The notes under the pieces were generated by a model. It searched no databases, was not told the origin of the DNA, and worked only from the letters and a program-made list of their open reading frames with translations. This document shows positions 9,720-19,307 of a DNA stretch of 64,000 bases, piece after piece. The first letter of the stretch is position 1. Each line of letters opens with the position of its first letter. Both the position numbers and the translations under genes were made by a program. The stretch is from an uncultured Candidatus Saccharibacteria bacterium (GTDB lineage: Bacteria; Patescibacteriota; CAZHWT01). The stretch spans positions 177,232 through 241,231 of the forward strand of contig CAZQWH010000002.1 in the NCBI GenBank assembly GCA_964597145.1. Direction: 5' to 3'.

Positions 9720-11915
9720 CTAGGCAACATTACGAAACTGTTGGGGGTGTTTAGCCATTGTAGCGGCTTGGGTTTTACTAACAGGAAGAGTAAAAAGGAA
9801 GGACGCGCCTCGGCCCTCTTGGCTTTCAATCCAAATTTTACCTTTAGATAATTTAATAATTTGCAAACATAAGTACAAACCCAACCCTGTACCCGGAATA
9901 GAAGTAGACGATTCCAATCGGGAAAACTTCTGAAAGAGCTTTTCTTGATCAGTCCGACTTATCCCCGGCCCGTTATCCAAAACCCTCACAATAACTTGCG
10001 AGCCACGATGGGTGAAATCCACCTTAATCTTGCCGCCAGGTGGTGTGAATTTTAACGCATTCCCAACCAAATTAGTCAGTACTTGGTAAATTTTAGTCGG
10101 ATCACAGTCAACTAGTGGCAAAGCTCTCGTCTTCTTCAACGTCAGTTGCTGGTTTTGCTGCACAGCGCGCTCCTGTAAGTCATCCACCACGTCTTGAGCT
10201 AATCGATTAAGATTAGTCGGTTCAATTGATAGCTCTACTCTACCCGATTCAATTCGGGAAACATCCAACGTATCGTTGACCATCGTAATTAACCGCTCGG
10301 TCGAAACGTATGCCCGGCTCATATAATCTACAAACTTAGCGTCGCGTTTTTTACCATGCATCGCCATCCACAAATATCCTTTAATCGAAGTCAACGGCGT
10401 CCGCAGCTCATGAGAAGTCACCGAGATAAACTCATCCTTAAGCTCATCCAACTGGCGTAATTTCTGGTTATTTTTTGACAACTTATCATTAGCCACCTGC
10501 AAATCCTTAGTAGCTTTTTTGACTTCGTGTTCCAGCGTAACATTAAATTCACTTATCTGTTGATAGCTCCGGGCATTATCTAAGGTTACGGCCAGCTCTG
10601 GACCAAGTATTTCTAAGAGTCTCATATCTTTATCTTGATAAAGATCCCCAGATAATTTTTCACCCAACAACAGTAATCCTTGCAGCTCATCACTAGCCAA
10701 TAAAGGGACGACAATGGTGAGTTTCATTTTATGCAGTATTTGTTTAATATCCTTATCGTTCTCTTCGTCATAGACCAAGACTTTTTTAACCTGCGCAAAC
10801 CGGTAGAGTTGTTGGCTCTGCAATCCAGACCGGTCGTCAAACCCATATGTTGCGACAGGTGTAAGTTGATCACCCTTAACCACCACAAATGCACCTCTCG
10901 AGATATGCATCGTACGTAATAATTCCTGGAGGCTCTTTTGGGTTAGATCTTCTAGTTTTAATGTGCTTGCCATAAGGTGAGTTAAACGTGAAAGTAGTTG
11001 ATTAGAATCGTATTGGGCTCTGTAGAAAATTTGATCAGTGGCTTTAATCAGGATTTCTTTTAGTGGTTGAAAAGTTATAGAGACAAATATTGCCAGGCAA
11101 GCATAAATTAAGATTTGGCTAGATTGAAATTGTCCATCAAAAAATAGGGTACTAAAGGCAAAAACCACCAAAGTATAGGCAACGATCAATATAGCAACCA
11201 GCAACGAATAGGCAACCGTTCGAGCCACCACAAGCCGTATATCAAACAAACGGTGACGAACAATTGCGTAGGTGATTGAGCTAACAAGAACTAAGGCAAG
11301 TAGCGGAGTCAAACGAACTCCTTGCCAGCTAGGTACAAGTAACGGTGTGATGCCATTATTCAGTATGGCAATACCAAAGGTTATAGTGGCCCCGAATAAA
11401 ATAAAATCTATTTGCGTTCTTTCTAACGAAGTAGAAGTTTTTTTAGCCGCGATTAATTGCCACAATGCGGCTGCCAACATACCGACAAGCAGCAGCAAAT
11501 AAGGCATATACCCCACTCCCGAATTTATACTAACAATACTTGCTTCCCGGGTAAGTGAGGCAAATACAAGGCTGGATGCCGAAAAAATCGTTCCTGGTAG
11601 CCACAATGCCGCTACAGCTACCACAAAGGTTTGCTTTTGGGGATGTTTTTTGCCAAAACATGCACTAAATAGCAGTAGCCAAAATAAAATATTAAATGCC
11701 GCAGCTGGTGCAATATGAGCCGCAAGGATGACAGAGAGCGAAGTAGTCCCCGATGAATAAATTATAAAATTAGTCACGATCCAGGTGACAATTGATAAAC
11801 AAAGTAGGAGGAAATACCTGCTCATTGCGGATTTAGGATTCCGCAAATACACTAAACCACCAAGTATGGTCATTGTGATTCCCGATAATACCAGGATGAG
11901 CAGGTAGATAATCAT
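9720..11915 (-). CDS. Sensor histidine kinase: N-terminal 7TM (+2TM), GAF, HisKA, HATPase
   Basis: Hydrophobic N-terminal ~280 aa; GAF VPL...GLLLLGEK; SHELRTPL; NLVGNALKF; DNGPG; GTGLGL. Confidence 0.93.
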   Translation of the reverse strand: MIIYLLILVLSGITMTILGGLVYLRNPKSAMSRYFLLLCLSIVTWIVTNFIIYSSGTTSLSVILAAHIAPAAAFNILFWLLLFSACFGKKHPQKQTFVVAVAALWLPGTIFSASSLVFASLTREASIVSINSGVGYMPYLLLLVGMLAAALWQLIAAKKTSTSLERTQIDFILFGATITFGIAILNNGITPLLVPSWQGVRLTPLLALVLVSSITYAIVRHRLFDIRLVVARTVAYSLLVAILIVAYTLVVFAFSTLFFDGQFQSSQILIYACLAIFVSITFQPLKEILIKATDQIFYRAQYDSNQLLSRLTHLMASTLKLEDLTQKSLQELLRTMHISRGAFVVVKGDQLTPVATYGFDDRSGLQSQQLYRFAQVKKVLVYDEENDKDIKQILHKMKLTIVVPLLASDELQGLLLLGEKLSGDLYQDKDMRLLEILGPELAVTLDNARSYQQISEFNVTLEHEVKKATKDLQVANDKLSKNNQKLRQLDELKDEFISVTSHELRTPLTSIKGYLWMAMHGKKRDAKFVDYMSRAYVSTERLITMVNDTLDVSRIESGRVELSIEPTNLNRLAQDVVDDLQERAVQQNQQLTLKKTRALPLVDCDPTKIYQVLTNLVGNALKFTPPGGKIKVDFTHRGSQVIVRVLDNGPGISRTDQEKLFQKFSRLESSTSIPGTGLGLYLCLQIIKLSKGKIWIESQEGRGASFLFTLPVSKTQAATMAKHPQQFRNVA

Positions 11916-12748
11916 TGTGTTGTTGTATTTGGAAAGTTGAAGACCTCATCGAGCATCAACCCTCCAAGCCCCTTGCCGTAACGAAACATGTCGGCAACAG
12001 GTGAACTGTCCAGTTTCTCTTGAAGCGTGCGAATGTCCAGAATGAACGGCACACTTCTTCCGTGCAGGTAATATTTCACGGGACCGATCGGTTCAATCCC
12101 TGGCACCATCCCGCAAAGTTTTTTGTACGTACCCTCTTCCATTATCCCGATGAGCCAACCAACCTTGTGAGCAAACACAAGATCATAGAGCGTCTTTAAT
12201 AAAGCGCCCCACACTTGCATCCCTGCTGCAAGGCCTTGGAGGATCGATTGATCTACAACAAGTGTATCAATCGACCACGTTCTCGTCCAATCCGGACAAT
12301 ACCTCTCCTCCATCGCTTCAAACGCAGACTCGCCCCATCCTTTCCGAAAGTAAAATGACGACCTTAAGTGCTCACACGTATCACCCTGGGTCCATCTCAG
12401 GGTCGCGACGGGTTGGTACCCCGCTGTAAATCTAGCGACGCGACTAAAAGCGGTTACCGACCGGGCCCGAGAAGTGAAAGGTCTCCAGGACTCTGCCCGA
12501 TCCTCATGAGAGACATGATGGACATCTTCCATCACCCATCCGTCAACAGCCTCTGCAAGTTGAGCCAATAAACCTTGTCCAGGGAGAATCCATAGATCAT
12601 AGGGCTTGGTATTGCATGGCCGCACTTTGTAGAGGATATCGCTCAACTGCACTGCCTGTTCACGAGACAGCCAGTACCCTTCCGCAATTCCGGCGGCTAC
12701 CATTCTGGCCTCCTTATACGAAGGTGATTCAATCAGCATTCTGCTCAA
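11912..12748 (-). CDS. Putative GNAT-fold acyltransferase (LuxI / N-acyl amino acid synthase-like)
   Basis: VATLR strand, TWSIDTLVVD strand, helix, WLIGIME, IEPIGPVKYYLHGRSVPFILD resemble acyl-synthase GNATs. ATGA overlap with the kinase start; ATG 12739 is an alternative start. Confidence 0.5.
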   Translation of the reverse strand: MSRMLIESPSYKEARMVAAGIAEGYWLSREQAVQLSDILYKVRPCNTKPYDLWILPGQGLLAQLAEAVDGWVMEDVHHVSHEDRAESWRPFTSRARSVTAFSRVARFTAGYQPVATLRWTQGDTCEHLRSSFYFRKGWGESAFEAMEERYCPDWTRTWSIDTLVVDQSILQGLAAGMQVWGALLKTLYDLVFAHKVGWLIGIMEEGTYKKLCGMVPGIEPIGPVKYYLHGRSVPFILDIRTLQEKLDSSPVADMFRYGKGLGGLMLDEVFNFPNTTTQ

Positions 12749-12928
12749 TGCAATAAATGAGTGGATGATGAGAGCAGAACAACCTTCTCTCTTGTAGGTT
12801 GCTTGTCCGTCCAGCGTGGACGTATATTACCATAATCTTGCACCAGGCTCCACTATTTTCTGACATGGAAGCATAAACAAACCAAATTGGATATAAAAAC
12901 CGTTGCAAAGTTGGAAGCCTAAGCTATC

Positions 12929-13279
12929 TTACCGTCTTCCAGATTCAAGCAACTCTTCACATTCAACATCGTAAATGGCCCATGGCATAACTTTGAGGCG
13001 GGCCTCAGCAATGGCTTTACCACAACGCTCACATTTGCCATACGATCCGTTATCTAGCTTAGCCAGGGCTTTTTGCACTCGGTTAAGCTGATTACGGTTA
13101 GCTTCAATCAAGGCTTGGATTCGGCTATGGTCTTCCGATTCTCCTGCATCGTCGTCTTCGGTATTGTTCATATCCCGAAACCCAGACTGGCTTGGGTCTT
13201 GCGCTTTTAATTCTTCAATATCGGCTTGTATTCGCTTAACTTCTTTTTCTAATTCTTTAGCCACAGACTGTGTAGACAT
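12929..13279 (-). CDS. TraR/DksA C4-type zinc finger protein
   Basis: Coiled coil, then AL.KLDNGSYGKCERC...ARLKVMPWA.YDVEC (third Cys replaced by Asp). Confidence 0.85.
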   Translation of the reverse strand: MSTQSVAKELEKEVKRIQADIEELKAQDPSQSGFRDMNNTEDDDAGESEDHSRIQALIEANRNQLNRVQKALAKLDNGSYGKCERCGKAIAEARLKVMPWAIYDVECEELLESGRR

Positions 13280-13330
13280 GAAAACTTGCCCCCTTATGTA
13301 GTTTAAAAGCTACCCTATTGGATAGCTAAA

Positions 13331-14092
13331 TCATTTATCAGGTTCCGAATTTGTAGGTTTTTTACTAAACGCCCGAGTAAATGTTTCGTAAAAATTTTGC
13401 GAAACCCCCCGCGGAATATCTTGTAATATCGCCTGTTCAGACCGAGCCGAGATCCGCAATACCACTAGGGTAACACCTAAGACAATCCCTACAACATCTG
13501 CGATCCATTCTACACTACCACTCTGGCCTTGCCAAGCTGGAACCATGTAATACAACACCAGCAATACACCAAAAAACCCAGCCGACTGCACACCCGCCAC
13601 AATTCCCGAACGCTGAGTTTTACCATACAGCCACACTAAGCCAATGGTTAAAAGGAGTGCTCCCACCAACGCTATCACCATAGCCCAATCAAACTGCTCA
13701 ATCGTCCATCCAAGCAGTAGCGCGCTTTGAACAATCGCCAAGGCAATAAAGAGTATGTCCATCAACCGCCAATACGGATAACGAATTGAACGAATATAGC
13801 GGGTAGCCACCAACCAAATCCCAATATAGCCAACCAAGGCAACCATAGGTTTTGGATGCACCCAAAGCTGGTCTAGGCTTAAACGGCTTTCCCAAATTCG
13901 ATTGACAATTGATTGAACAATCCAACCGCCAAACCACCCTGCGGCCAATGACAATGCCAGTAGATTAAATAGTTTATCGACTCCCAGATAGTGCTGTCTG
14001 GCAAAGGTCCACACCGCATAAAATGCAGCCACTATCCCGCCAAATGCGGTGTATAAGATAGGATTAGTAATAAGAGCAATCAGCTGATTCAT
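13331..14092 (-). CDS. Prolipoprotein diacylglyceryl transferase (Lgt)-like membrane protein, divergent
   Basis: Multi-TM; WRLMDILFIALAIVQS..LLG resembles the Lgt signature region; neighbour of dksA/rluA. Confidence 0.55.
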   Translation of the reverse strand: MNQLIALITNPILYTAFGGIVAAFYAVWTFARQHYLGVDKLFNLLALSLAAGWFGGWIVQSIVNRIWESRLSLDQLWVHPKPMVALVGYIGIWLVATRYIRSIRYPYWRLMDILFIALAIVQSALLLGWTIEQFDWAMVIALVGALLLTIGLVWLYGKTQRSGIVAGVQSAGFFGVLLVLYYMVPAWQGQSGSVEWIADVVGIVLGVTLVVLRISARSEQAILQDIPRGVSQNFYETFTRAFSKKPTNSEPDK

Positions 14093-14117
14093 AAAAGGGC
14101 AGATTTTCTCACGTTAA

Positions 14118-15392
14118 TTACAAAACGAGAAGTTGGCTCAATTTTGCTTGATCGGGTTTAGGGCTAATAATCGCTAAATTAAGCTTTGACTGGTCAAAAA
14201 TTTCTTGGGCTACAGACTGCACCTCTTCCGAGCTAACCGCATCAATTTTTTCTAAATAGTACTCAGCAGGCATTGCCCGTCCTTGCAGCAATTGCTGCTT
14301 AACCAAATACATGCTCAAACCTAACGGATCCTCCAGCGATAGTGAAAGCTTGCCGCGCAAATAACTCTTAGCCCGCTGCAATTCTTCTTCCGGCATTAAT
14401 TCATCCCGAACTTGAGCAAACTGGTCTAAGATAACTCGGATAGTCTCCTCTACTCGGCTATGGTCTAAGCCAACCTGGCAATTAAAAGTCCCGGTGTCCA
14501 GATAATGGTCAATCCCGGTATGCACGGCATACGCTAATCCACGGCGCTCACGGACTTGAGTAAATAACCGTGACGACATATTCCCTCCCAGCACCACGTT
14601 CAACAAAGCCAAGGCGTAACGACGAGGGTCCTTTAGACTAAAGGCTCGCACTCCCAGCACCAGATGAGTCTGATCGGTGTCTTTCGCCGCCGAAATAATT
14701 CCGGGGTGATCCTGTTTAACCAAAACCGGCGTAAATTCTTTAAGCGTTTGCGTTGATTGGCTAAAAAATGACTTCTGGACAAGTTGGTGGACTTTGTCAG
14801 AGTCAAACCCACCAACCACTCCCACTACCATATTATTTGGTACATACCATTGGCCCAGGTAGTCTACAAGATGCTGGCGATTAATGTTAGCTAAACTTTG
14901 CTTCGTGCCAATCACATCCCGACCTAGCGCATGCTCAGGGTATAACAGATGGTCATAAATTTCTCCAACTCGGTCACGTGGCGAATCGAGGTACATATTC
15001 ATTTCCTCTAAAATTACCCCTCGCTCCCTCTCTATCTCCTCAGCTTCGAACTTAGATTGAAACAGCATATCAGCCAGCAAATCGATGGCCAGCTCAACAT
15101 CTTTAGCCGCAGTCTTAATATAAAATCCGGTAAATTCTTTGCTAGTAAAAGCATTAAATTCACCACCCACCCCATCAACGGTTGCCGCAATATCAAGCGT
15201 GGTGGGACGTTTAGCCGTCCCTTTAAACACCATATGTTCCAAAAAATGGGAAATTCCACTTAAGTGTGATGGTTCATAGCGAGATCCAGTACCCACCATC
15301 ACCACCACAGCCACCGACGGCGACTGCTTTAGCGGCTGAAGAATCAATCGCTGTTTTAACTCTGGAGAAAACTGGCGGCTATTTTTTGGCAC
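14118..15392 (-). CDS. M16 (pitrilysin-family) zinc peptidase
   Basis: GISHFLEHMVFKGT (HXXEH), NAFTS, SSRLF..VRE.RGLAY. Confidence 0.95.
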   Translation of the reverse strand: MPKNSRQFSPELKQRLILQPLKQSPSVAVVVMVGTGSRYEPSHLSGISHFLEHMVFKGTAKRPTTLDIAATVDGVGGEFNAFTSKEFTGFYIKTAAKDVELAIDLLADMLFQSKFEAEEIERERGVILEEMNMYLDSPRDRVGEIYDHLLYPEHALGRDVIGTKQSLANINRQHLVDYLGQWYVPNNMVVGVVGGFDSDKVHQLVQKSFFSQSTQTLKEFTPVLVKQDHPGIISAAKDTDQTHLVLGVRAFSLKDPRRYALALLNVVLGGNMSSRLFTQVRERRGLAYAVHTGIDHYLDTGTFNCQVGLDHSRVEETIRVILDQFAQVRDELMPEEELQRAKSYLRGKLSLSLEDPLGLSMYLVKQQLLQGRAMPAEYYLEKIDAVSSEEVQSVAQEIFDQSKLNLAIISPKPDQAKLSQLLVL

Positions 15393-16233
15393 GACGACTT
15401 GCCCGTCCCTTCGTCGATCGTTTTTTACTGGAAGATTTAGCCGAACTCGGCGTTTTTACGGTTTCAGCTTTGTCTAAAGTAGCTGCATTATTATCTGCTG
15501 TCTCCGCCAACGGTGTTTCATCAGCAGTTGTGCCCGATTCCAAATTCGTCGAGACTGGCCGGGATGACCCAAAAGTCTGCTTAAGCAAACTTAATGCGGA
15601 CTGACCGGCACTGGCTAAACGAACCTTATGCTGCGTACCCAGCCCAACCGACGTTGAAAAGGCGGCCCTTTGCGCTTGTTCTAAGCGTGCCTGCTCTAGA
15701 GGGCTAGCTTTAATCTGAGCTGCTTCTTGTTCATTCTTTAACTCTTGAATCGTGGTTGGCTCAAGAGCGGTTACTGGCTTGACCATGGTTTGAGTGGTAG
15801 GTTTAGCTCCCACTTGTCCACAGTACGGACAGTAGCTCCACTCCATATCAACCAGTTTTTGACAATTAGTGCATTGCTTTTTGAGCACTGTGCCGCAATA
15901 GGGGCAATTCACAAAATCTTCTTGGGTCATATGCTCGCACATTGGGCAGATTGTGGAGGCAGCCGCGCGCAATAGCATTTCGTGCTCCATCATTTCACCA
16001 TAACTCTCCTTCATAGTTTGTTTTGGTCGGATAACCAAATAAAGCATCACTCCAACAGGACCCAAAATCGCAGTCATGGCCACCGCGGCGGCCACAATAA
16101 TTTTATCGCTCGTCCGCGTTAAAACATCCTGGCTTACCCACCAGACTAACCCTACCCAAAAGACAATAAAGCTGAGACCAATAAATAAGGCGGCGATTTT
16201 AAGAATAGTAAACAGGAGTTCGGTATCTATCAT
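15379..16233 (-). CDS. Membrane protein with double zinc ribbon
   Basis: Two N-terminal TMs; CPMC, CPYCG, CTNC, CPYCG. Start set at ATG 16233, just after the efp stop. Confidence 0.8.
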   Translation of the reverse strand: MIDTELLFTILKIAALFIGLSFIVFWVGLVWWVSQDVLTRTSDKIIVAAAVAMTAILGPVGVMLYLVIRPKQTMKESYGEMMEHEMLLRAAASTICPMCEHMTQEDFVNCPYCGTVLKKQCTNCQKLVDMEWSYCPYCGQVGAKPTTQTMVKPVTALEPTTIQELKNEQEAAQIKASPLEQARLEQAQRAAFSTSVGLGTQHKVRLASAGQSALSLLKQTFGSSRPVSTNLESGTTADETPLAETADNNAATLDKAETVKTPSSAKSSSKKRSTKGRASRRAKK

Positions 16234-16237
16234 AATG

Positions 16238-16801
16238 TTATTTAACCCGCTCAATATAACTGCTATTAGCGGTGTTTATTTTAAGCACATCATTTACCTC
16301 TATAAACATTGGAGCTTGCACTACTAAACCGGTTTCCAGAGTTACTGGTTTGGTCACCGACCCAGTACTGTTCCCTTTCTCATTGGGCGGCGCTTGCTTT
16401 ACTTTTAATTCTACCGTCATTGGCAGGTCAATATCAATTGGCTCATCAGTGTCATCAATAACCACTAATGGTATGACTTGCCCAGACTTAATAAATTGCC
16501 GCTTGTCACCGAGCACTTCAAGCGATACTGATAATCGAGGGTTATTTTTAGACTTAAAGTAAGCTGCCTTATTATCGGCATAAATAAATTCAACATTTTC
16601 ACGATACAGCTCTACATCATCAACAGTTGCCCCGTTATTAAACGAAATTTCCCGCGAAGATCCAGTCTTCAAATTACGGGCTTTAATTTTAATCACAGCC
16701 CCACCTCGCCCCATCTTAATATGTTCATAAGACAAGGTTTGATATAGTTCGTTTTGGTAGTTAAATACACTACCATTACGTAGTTCAGTAACGCTGGCCA
16801 T
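16238..16801 (-). CDS. efp: Elongation factor P
   Basis: KMGRGGA loop, KGNS, KPVTLETG..VQAPMFI, YIERV. Confidence 0.95.
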   Translation of the reverse strand: MASVTELRNGSVFNYQNELYQTLSYEHIKMGRGGAVIKIKARNLKTGSSREISFNNGATVDDVELYRENVEFIYADNKAAYFKSKNNPRLSVSLEVLGDKRQFIKSGQVIPLVVIDDTDEPIDIDLPMTVELKVKQAPPNEKGNSTGSVTKPVTLETGLVVQAPMFIEVNDVLKINTANSSYIERVK

Positions 16802-16950
16802 AGGTAGAAATCCTTTCAGGATTTTAGTCGTAAGTAGTTAGTCGTATGAGGTTAGTGAGGATTGAATAAGTGATTCGCCTGCCACACCAGACATAATGCT
16901 AAATACTTGCCACTAAATACTAGATACTAAATGCAACTATGTGTTGCATT

Positions 16951-16966
16951 TTGGTGCCGGAGAGAG
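16951..16966 (-). repeat. Direct-repeat copy of the tRNA-Leu 3' end (att-like)
   Basis: TTGGTGCCGGAGAGAG is identical at 16951-16966 and 17113-17128. Confidence 0.85.
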
Positions 16967-17113
16967 TAACCCGACTTCGTCGGGATTTTTAGTTCATGTT
17001 ATACCAATCGTTGTTGGTATAACACTCTCCTAAAAAGTGAACCTGTGGAGATTCTCACCTCTCGTCGACAGATACCAAGGCAATGCCTGCCACATACGTG
17101 CCAAACATTACCT

Positions 17114-17200
17114 TGGTGCCGGAGAGAGGACTTGAACCTCCACGCCTTTAAGGGGCAACGGATTTTGAGTCCGTCGTGTCTACCATTCCACCACTCCGGC
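17114..17200 (-). tRNA. tRNA-Leu(CAA)
   Basis: GCCGGAG acceptor, D-arm TGGTAGAC, anticodon stem ACGGA-CTCAAAA-TCCGT, long variable arm, GGTTCAAGTCC, encoded CCA. Confidence 0.96.
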
Positions 17201-17319
17201 ATACGCAAGCTTCGCTTGCAGTAGTTGGTAGTTAGTAGTTCGTAGTTAGAAAATTTTCATTTCCAACAACCATAAACTATAAACCATTGACTAGCAGATC
17301 TATCCGCCAAGTCCGGCTC

Positions 17320-17348
17320 ATTATATCTGTTGAAGGGTGTTTTGACAA
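17320..17348 (-). promoter_or_regulatory. sigma70 promoter of tRNA-Leu
   Basis: TTGTCA, 17 nt, TATAAT, then a GC-rich discriminator. Confidence 0.7.
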
Positions 17349-17351
17349 TAC

Positions 17352-17393
17352 AAAATAGATCGTTGACCCAGGCTAAAACAACCCAGGTCAACG
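17352..17393 (-). terminator. Terminator of ORF 17403-17705
   Basis: CGTTGACCTGGG / CCTGGGTCAACG stem followed by ATCTATTTT. Confidence 0.6.
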
Positions 17394-17402
17394 CTGCAGA
17401 AT

Positions 17403-17705
17403 CTACCACCAATCAATGGCGATGATCCGATGCAAAAGCTCTCGCGATATTCGCTGAACCTCTCGAAGTGAGTACTTACCTTCTAATCCGGGAAGTTCAG
17501 CAATCTGCTTATTCAGCTCATCGAGTGCTGCTCTCAGTGTCTTATCACCGGTATTAACTGCATCTTGGCATGTTATCACCAAGTTTTTAAGCTGATCACC
17601 TTGACCAGTCAGCGCCAGCTTGTAGAGTAGCTGTGTGGCTAGCTGCGCCTCGTCCTGCGGGAAATGTTCCATCGCAATTCGACTCACTGGTGGCGTACCC
17701 TCCAT
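17403..17705 (-). CDS. Hypothetical helical protein (ORFan)
   Basis: 100 aa; own TGgTATAAT, AAGGAG RBS and terminator. Confidence 0.75.
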   Translation of the reverse strand: MEGTPPVSRIAMEHFPQDEAQLATQLLYKLALTGQGDQLKNLVITCQDAVNTGDKTLRAALDELNKQIAELPGLEGKYSLREVQRISRELLHRIIAIDWW

Positions 17706-17801
17706 GGTATCTCCTTCTCACTTTACTGGCCATACATGGCCTCGACCATACCCCAATCACAGTGTTGAGGTTGGGGTATTATACCACTTAACTAGTAAAT
17801 T

Positions 17802-19256
17802 TTAAGAATTAGTGGATTGCGCACCATCGGTACGCTTCTTTTCGGTGCCATAGTAACGAGTTTGGGCGCCTTTAAAGATTAGGTCAATTTCGCCAATAGC
17901 CCCGTTACGATGCTTGGCAATAGAAAGTTTAACCGGCATAGTATCAGATGCGCCTCGGGCAGCCAGGCTATTATCTTCGCGCCACAAGAACATCACTACA
18001 TCAGCATCTTGCTCAATCGAGCCAGAATCCCGCAAATCAGAAAGCTGCGGTGGCGCCGCTTTTTCTTGAGTTCCACGCTGTTCCACATTTCGAGACAGCT
18101 GAGACAGCGCAATTACCGGACAGCGTAACTCTCGGGCAATATTCTTTAACCCCTGCGATACCTCAGAAATCTCTTGGACTCGGTTCTCCAAATTTCGCGA
18201 TTTGGCCAACTGTAGATAGTCAACCACCAATAAACGGCAGCCATGTTCCATTTGCAGCCGCCGCGCCTTAGTCCGCATTTCCATAATACTCATAGCTGGC
18301 GTGTCATCAATAAATAAAGGGGCTTCGGCCAATACCCCCATCGCATCGGTTAGCCTTTCCCAATCCTTATCGTTTAAGTTTCCGGTAGTTATTTTCCACG
18401 AGTCTATATTACTTTGGCTAGCCAATAAACGATCAACCAGCTCTTCTTTAGATGACTCTAAAGACAGAAAGCCCACCGGTAAATGCGGTCCACGCTCATC
18501 TGCGGCCACATACTGGCAAATATTCAGAGCCAAAGAAGTTTTACCTACCGAAGGACGGGCAGCCAAAATAACTAGATTACTATCTTGCAATCCAGCCAAT
18601 TTAGTATCAATATCACGAAACCCCGTTGGGATACCCCGAATTTTCCCTTTATTCTTATGCAATTCTTCAAGGCGATCAAAATTTTCGGCTAACGTATGCT
18701 GAATTGAAGAAAAATTCTTCTTTAGATTTCCTTGGGTAATATTAAATATTTCCCGCTCGGCGTTATTTAAAATTTCACCCACCGCCATCGACTGGTCAAA
18801 CGACATATCCGAAACCGCCGCCGAAGTTGCAATCAGACTACGTCGAATATAGTTTTCGCGGATAATACCCGCGTAATGCTCAACATTAGCCGCGGTTGGC
18901 ACCGCGTTAATCAAGTCGGCAATATAGCCCGATCCGCCAATTTTTTCGAGCTGGCTGGCACCTTCTAATAAGTTGGAAAGCGTAACCAGGTCAGCCGGTG
19001 TACTTTCTTGAAATAGTTGAACAATACCCCGATAAATAACCCCATGCCGACCGTCATAAAATTGCTCTGGTGTAAGCGTATCAGAAACCTTAATAATCGC
19101 GTCTTTATCGAGCAGTAACGAGCCTAATAACGCCCGCTCAGAGTCAAGATTGCGCGGTGGAACCCGAGCACCATCTTTCAACAGTTCATTAAGGTTAATG
19201 TCCATTTCCGATCGGGTAGTCTTAGAGTTTTTGTTAGCTTTGCTACTTACTGCCAT
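17802..19256 (-). CDS. dnaB: Replicative DNA helicase
   Basis: AARPSVGKT, VDYLQL, LSQLSR, SDLRDSGSIEQDAD, KHRNG; no intein. Confidence 0.97.
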   Translation of the reverse strand: MAVSSKANKNSKTTRSEMDINLNELLKDGARVPPRNLDSERALLGSLLLDKDAIIKVSDTLTPEQFYDGRHGVIYRGIVQLFQESTPADLVTLSNLLEGASQLEKIGGSGYIADLINAVPTAANVEHYAGIIRENYIRRSLIATSAAVSDMSFDQSMAVGEILNNAEREIFNITQGNLKKNFSSIQHTLAENFDRLEELHKNKGKIRGIPTGFRDIDTKLAGLQDSNLVILAARPSVGKTSLALNICQYVAADERGPHLPVGFLSLESSKEELVDRLLASQSNIDSWKITTGNLNDKDWERLTDAMGVLAEAPLFIDDTPAMSIMEMRTKARRLQMEHGCRLLVVDYLQLAKSRNLENRVQEISEVSQGLKNIARELRCPVIALSQLSRNVEQRGTQEKAAPPQLSDLRDSGSIEQDADVVMFLWREDNSLAARGASDTMPVKLSIAKHRNGAIGEIDLIFKGAQTRYYGTEKKRTDGAQSTNS

Positions 19257-19307
19257 GTCGTTACGTATCTATCTAATAGGTATTTTCACAAGGTTATAGC
19301 TGAAAAA

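Noticed and set aside
16999-17208. 69-aa ORF on the - strand
   Set aside because: It overlaps tRNA-Leu, so it is a shadow ORF.
16952-17317. tRNA nested in a larger tmRNA-sized shell (upstream GCCGGA pairing with the duplicated TCCGGCACCA)
   Set aside because: GCCGGA (17312-17317) lies in the promoter discriminator and is probably not transcribed; there is no Ala acceptor or tag ORF.
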